Below, piece by piece: positions 60,008 to 64,000 of a stretch of 64,000 nucleotides of DNA. This DNA comes from Heteronotia binoei (lineage: Eukaryota), in contig NC_083234.1 of the NCBI RefSeq assembly GCF_032191835.1, positions 26,660,001 to 26,724,000 on the forward strand, in the 5' to 3' direction. Made by a program: the position numbers and the translations under genes. The first letter of the stretch is position 1; each line of letters begins with the position of its first letter. The notes below the pieces were generated by a model. It had not been told where the DNA came from. It did not search any database and saw only the letters and a list, made by a program, of their open reading frames with translations.

Positions 60008-61024
60008 GTAAGCGTGTTGCCTCTCCTTTGCCTCGGCATCCTGACACCCAGAATATGGATAGTCACTTCGTTGTAGATGTGTCCCTGAGCTGTAAGAGTT
60101 TACCATGACTTCTGGAAAACTAGCGATAGTAATGCTGGATGCGGAGGCACATGCTGGACTTATGTAATCTTCTTGTGGAAATGAAAGTTGTTTCATAGTC
60201 ATAGTTTCTCCAGCCACCATTGGTGGCCTTGATGGGGTGACCTCTTTTTTCTCTAAATGCTTTGGAACAGTAATGGCTGCTTTGCATGTCACAGAATTGG
60301 TGGGCATGTGCTATGTATAAACCAGACATACACTGTAATACATGTGATGGGAAACAAGCCTTTCTTTGATCATACACATCCACCAGTGGGATCTATGATT
60401 GGCCCTGGGTGCATGTGGTATCGATATATGCTGTAAAGAAAGTGTGTATCTTACGATGTGCATGTGGCATGACCTGCAAGTGTCAGAACATGTGCGACAG
60501 TCCTCATTAAGCTGCACTTCCCACATGTTCATGTACCTTAGAGTGTCAGTATTTTCAGGCCAAGTTTTCCCTGGGGTATTAAACCTGCATGTGGGCTCTG
60601 TAGCACTTCTGACTGCAGGCAGGAGCTTTTCTATGCATTAAAAATTCCATGCATGAAGAAAGCTTTCATGTCAGCATGCTAAGCTGGTACTTTTCTCTCT
60701 GATATGCAACTTTCTAGGTATTCTTTGTGTAGAGGAGCATCCAGTCAGAGATCCCCCCCCCCCCCCAAACAACGCAGCCATAGTTTTATCGCTTCAGTGA
60801 GAACAGGTCTTAAGGGTTTTGGACTGTATTCAGAAATAAGCTACTGTGGTGAATGTGGGGGGGAGACACATCTCTTAATTTGAGTTAGATATTGGAAAGT
60901 ATAACGGATCACGGAGTTTGACTTGCTCAGCAGGGTGGTTAATGAGCCCACAACGTTTGCTGCTATAGATTATGTGATTTCTCTCACTGTTAAGACCTAA
61001 TGGACTTTCTGTTCTGCTTTTTAG

Positions 61025-61178
61025 CAAGTCTCCAAAGCCGGACACCTCAAAAGACAAGGGGAAGAAGCCCAGAGTATGGGATCTAGGGAACTCTAATGCC
61101 AAAGTACTTGATTATAGTAATTCAGCTACCAATGGGAATGCAGATGCTTGTCCTGTGGAAGAGTACGACCCAGATATG
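61025..61178 (+). CDS. SRPRA: SRPRA exon 6
   Basis: KSPKPDTSKDKGKKPRVWDLGNSNAKVLDYS...; 154 nt. Confidence 0.95.
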
Positions 61179-62534
61179 GTAAGATCCAAAACACTTCTGG
61201 TTGTCAGAATGCAAAGTATCTGCTTGAGCCCCTGGGACAGTACTACAGATCTGCAGTAAAATGTCTCACTCTCTGAACTTCACTCAAGTGAACTAGAGCA
61301 TCTTGCATTCCAGAGGAAGTTTGGGATGCATACTCTTCACCTAATCTGGAAAGGTTTTCCAATCAGCGGTTGAGCTATTATATGCAAAAGTGGAACATTC
61401 AGGCTGTCAGATATGTAGCTGATAGTACAATCCTGTGCACACTTAGTGGAAGCTATCCTGTTCATAATGTTGATTGCATACACAGTAACATAAGTAGTTG
61501 TAAGCTACTCTGAAGAACATGTGCATAAGACTGCAGCCTTAGCATTGGAATTCATCTTATTGCCTGGCGTTTTCCCCTGTTGTAGTGTGAATCTGTGAAA
61601 CAGCTTCTAATATTTATAAAACAATGGTGACATATGGGACTTGAGAACTTGACGTTAGATGAATGGTGGGGTTCTTAAGGCCCCTTTTCCAAGAACGTTC
61701 TCATAAATGTTCTTGGAAAAGCTGTCTCATTTGCCAGCATAATGCATCTTAGCTGCTCATATGCACATGGCCTTAACAACCTCAATGTGTTCCAGTACTA
61801 TTTCTAGAGCAATTAAAGCAAAGGATGAACAAAAATACAGACTTCATTTTTTAAAAAGGGAGTTAATACCTGAACTCTTGTATGGTTTGGTAGTATGAAG
61901 TGGGATCTGCTCTTGCTCTTCTCCTTTCAAGGGAGACTCTGGGTCAAACTAGACAAGATGGTGCAGGTTCCATGGTTGGGGCTGTCAATTGTTTTTCTTT
62001 GTAAGTTACACCCAAGCAGGGAGATCTGTTTCTGGTTGGGACTGGGGAGACTGAAAACCCTCTGCAGAGATGCCATTCCCCATGAGAGCATATAGCCACC
62101 CTTATGTAGCTTGTACCCTTGCACTTCTTTGAGACTGTTTCAGGTCTGGAAAAAGGCACCCAAATGTGTGTGTGAGGATATGATTACCCTCCTTCCCCTG
62201 TAGCCCCAATATGAAACCAGTCTCCAGTACTCCTTTTTTATTTTCAAAGGGAAAAGAAGCTTTGTGGCTCTGAACACAGAATTCCCAGCATCTGGGCTGC
62301 TTCTAAGGTAGGAAGCAGAGCCAAGGACTCTGGAATGTCTTCAACTGACCATAAATGCTCTTAAAGAGAGAGGGAGAGAAGCAGCATGGTGTACTTCTAA
62401 CTCTTGGAAACAGGGCACAGATGCAAGGCCCACTCTCCAGAATATCCCTTCCAGAAATAATTAATACTGTTCATTTGGGTTCATGTAAACACTGGCGTAT
62501 GTAGGTTGACCCAGATTTCTCTGCCCTCAATCAG

Positions 62535-62641
62535 GTCCTTGTGGATCCTGATCATGAGCCTGGCCGTCTCCGTGATCTGGAATATGAGAGTGAAGAAGAA
62601 ATTGAAGAAGAGAAGGTGGTTCACAATTCTTCAAGTGCCAG
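62535..62641 (+). CDS. SRPRA: SRPRA exon 7
   Basis: VLVDPDHEPGRLRDLEYESEEE...; aatcag|...|gtgaga; phases fit. Confidence 0.88.
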
Positions 62642-63393
62642 GTGAGACCACGCTAGCCCTTTGTATGCATCTCACGTTCTCATTTCTAAAGTGCCTTCCA
62701 GTGCTATGTATATAGCTTCTGTGGCAAAGCAACTGGCTGAAGAATGAAGAAAGGTGGGGGTAGGAATAGAATAATAATGGGAATCTACCCACCTTGATCC
62801 TGTAGAGTTCTGATTCCACACAATGTATCCAGTATTTCTCACTATCATGAATGATGCATTCCCCCCCCCCCCCCAAAAAGCACCAGTTGGATAGATTCTG
62901 CCCAAGGCACACAGTGCTTCTTGGATGCAAGTTTTGCATGGCCATGAAACTTGACTAGCTGTTGTCCTTGGCAAGTTAATTCCCTGATCCTTTATTTTGT
63001 TCTCATGAAATGATTTGAGCTTGCTTTGTGCTTCACTGCAGACCTGGGCAAATGGAGTATCAATTATGCCCTTAGGTACGACTTCTAGGATCCTTTGTTT
63101 TAAAGTGAGTTTGCTTGCTGCAGACAATGAAGCTAGGTAAATTAAAGGCCTCACGTTTTTGTGCCAAGAGGTACTGAGTCTTACTAACACTCCCCTGTGC
63201 TGTACAGCAGTTGAATACTTCTAGGACCATCTTTTTACCAAGCCCATTATTAGATGTGCATGCAGTAACTGCATGCAAAGAGCTGCCATGGTGTTTTTTT
63301 GAAGGTCAAGTGGAACTGAATACTGACCTGGTTTTCATCTTATGCCAAGTTTCTTCATAAAGCTATGTGATAACAGCACCTTCTCTTTTCCAG

Positions 63394-63512
63394 CGTTAAG
63401 AAAGGTGGCCTTGGAGGCATGTTTGGGATGCTGAAAGGCCTTGTGGGCTCTAAAAGTTTAACCAGAGAGGACATGGACCCTGTCCTGGAGAAGATGAAGG
63501 ATCACCTGATTG
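63394..63512 (+). CDS. SRPRA: SRPRA exon 8; the gene continues beyond the right edge
   Basis: KKGGLGGMFGMLKGLVGSKSLTREDMDPVLEKMKDHLI; 119 nt. Confidence 0.96.
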
Positions 63513-64000
63513 GTATGTTTCTGTGTACCTCTGGAAGGACACACTGATAAGTTGACTTGGGCTGTCTTTTGTCATGGTGGCTCAGGCATTCTGGCCGGTC
63601 CTCCTGCATTGCAATTGAAAGGAGTTGAGTCTTGTTTGTTTCATAGGACAAAAGAGAAGAGACACCCTTACTTAGCTGAGCTTTAGAAGAAGTGTGGTAC
63701 TTCCAAATGGTTCAGTTGTTAGATGAAAGAAAAGAAACAAAGGAGGGAGAGACAGTGGGGATAGATGGGTTGGCTGACAGCATAACTTATGGTGTGGGTA
63801 ATGATGATGAAATGATTAAAGATGATGATTAAATGCATTCCAGATAGCATTCCAAGACTCTTCTTTCTCCATTTCCTCAACACACTTTCCTTTCTTCTTA
63901 CCAAAGCAGTCAGACGTACCATCTCAGAATATATATTGGTAGTTGTTTTGACTGTCCATGCTGTCAAAATTATCCCTTTGGCCCTCACAGTCACACATTA

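Overview
Eukaryotic genomic DNA from a squamate reptile, probably a gecko (inferred from the SINE/MITE repertoire). It carries the conserved vertebrate block DCPS(-), TIRAP(-), FOXRED1(-), SRPRA(+). I placed splice junctions by eye. FOXRED1 is complete: 11 coding exons, 1527 nt, 508 aa. DCPS (exons 1-2) and SRPRA (exons 1-8) run off the window edges. TIRAP has its start and TIR exons, but its last exon is unresolved. Main candidates for undescribed biology: (1) an 8.5-kb PIF/Harbinger transposon (19082-27562; 15-bp TIRs, TTT duplication) with three intron-containing genes, namely a DDE transposase and two different convergent Myb/SANT-like genes, lying between TIRAP's start exon and its likely promoter; (2) a 3.6-kb foldback element built of 155-bp tandem repeats in DCPS intron 1; (3) an inverted copy of the start of FOXRED1's last exon just downstream of the gene, possibly forming an antisense terminal exon; (4) exact ERSE, ERSE-II and UPRE motifs in the FOXRED1/SRPRA bidirectional promoter, which is interrupted by tandem Penelope-type minimal hammerhead ribozyme motifs. 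Family and protein assignments come from recalled motifs; no database search was run.
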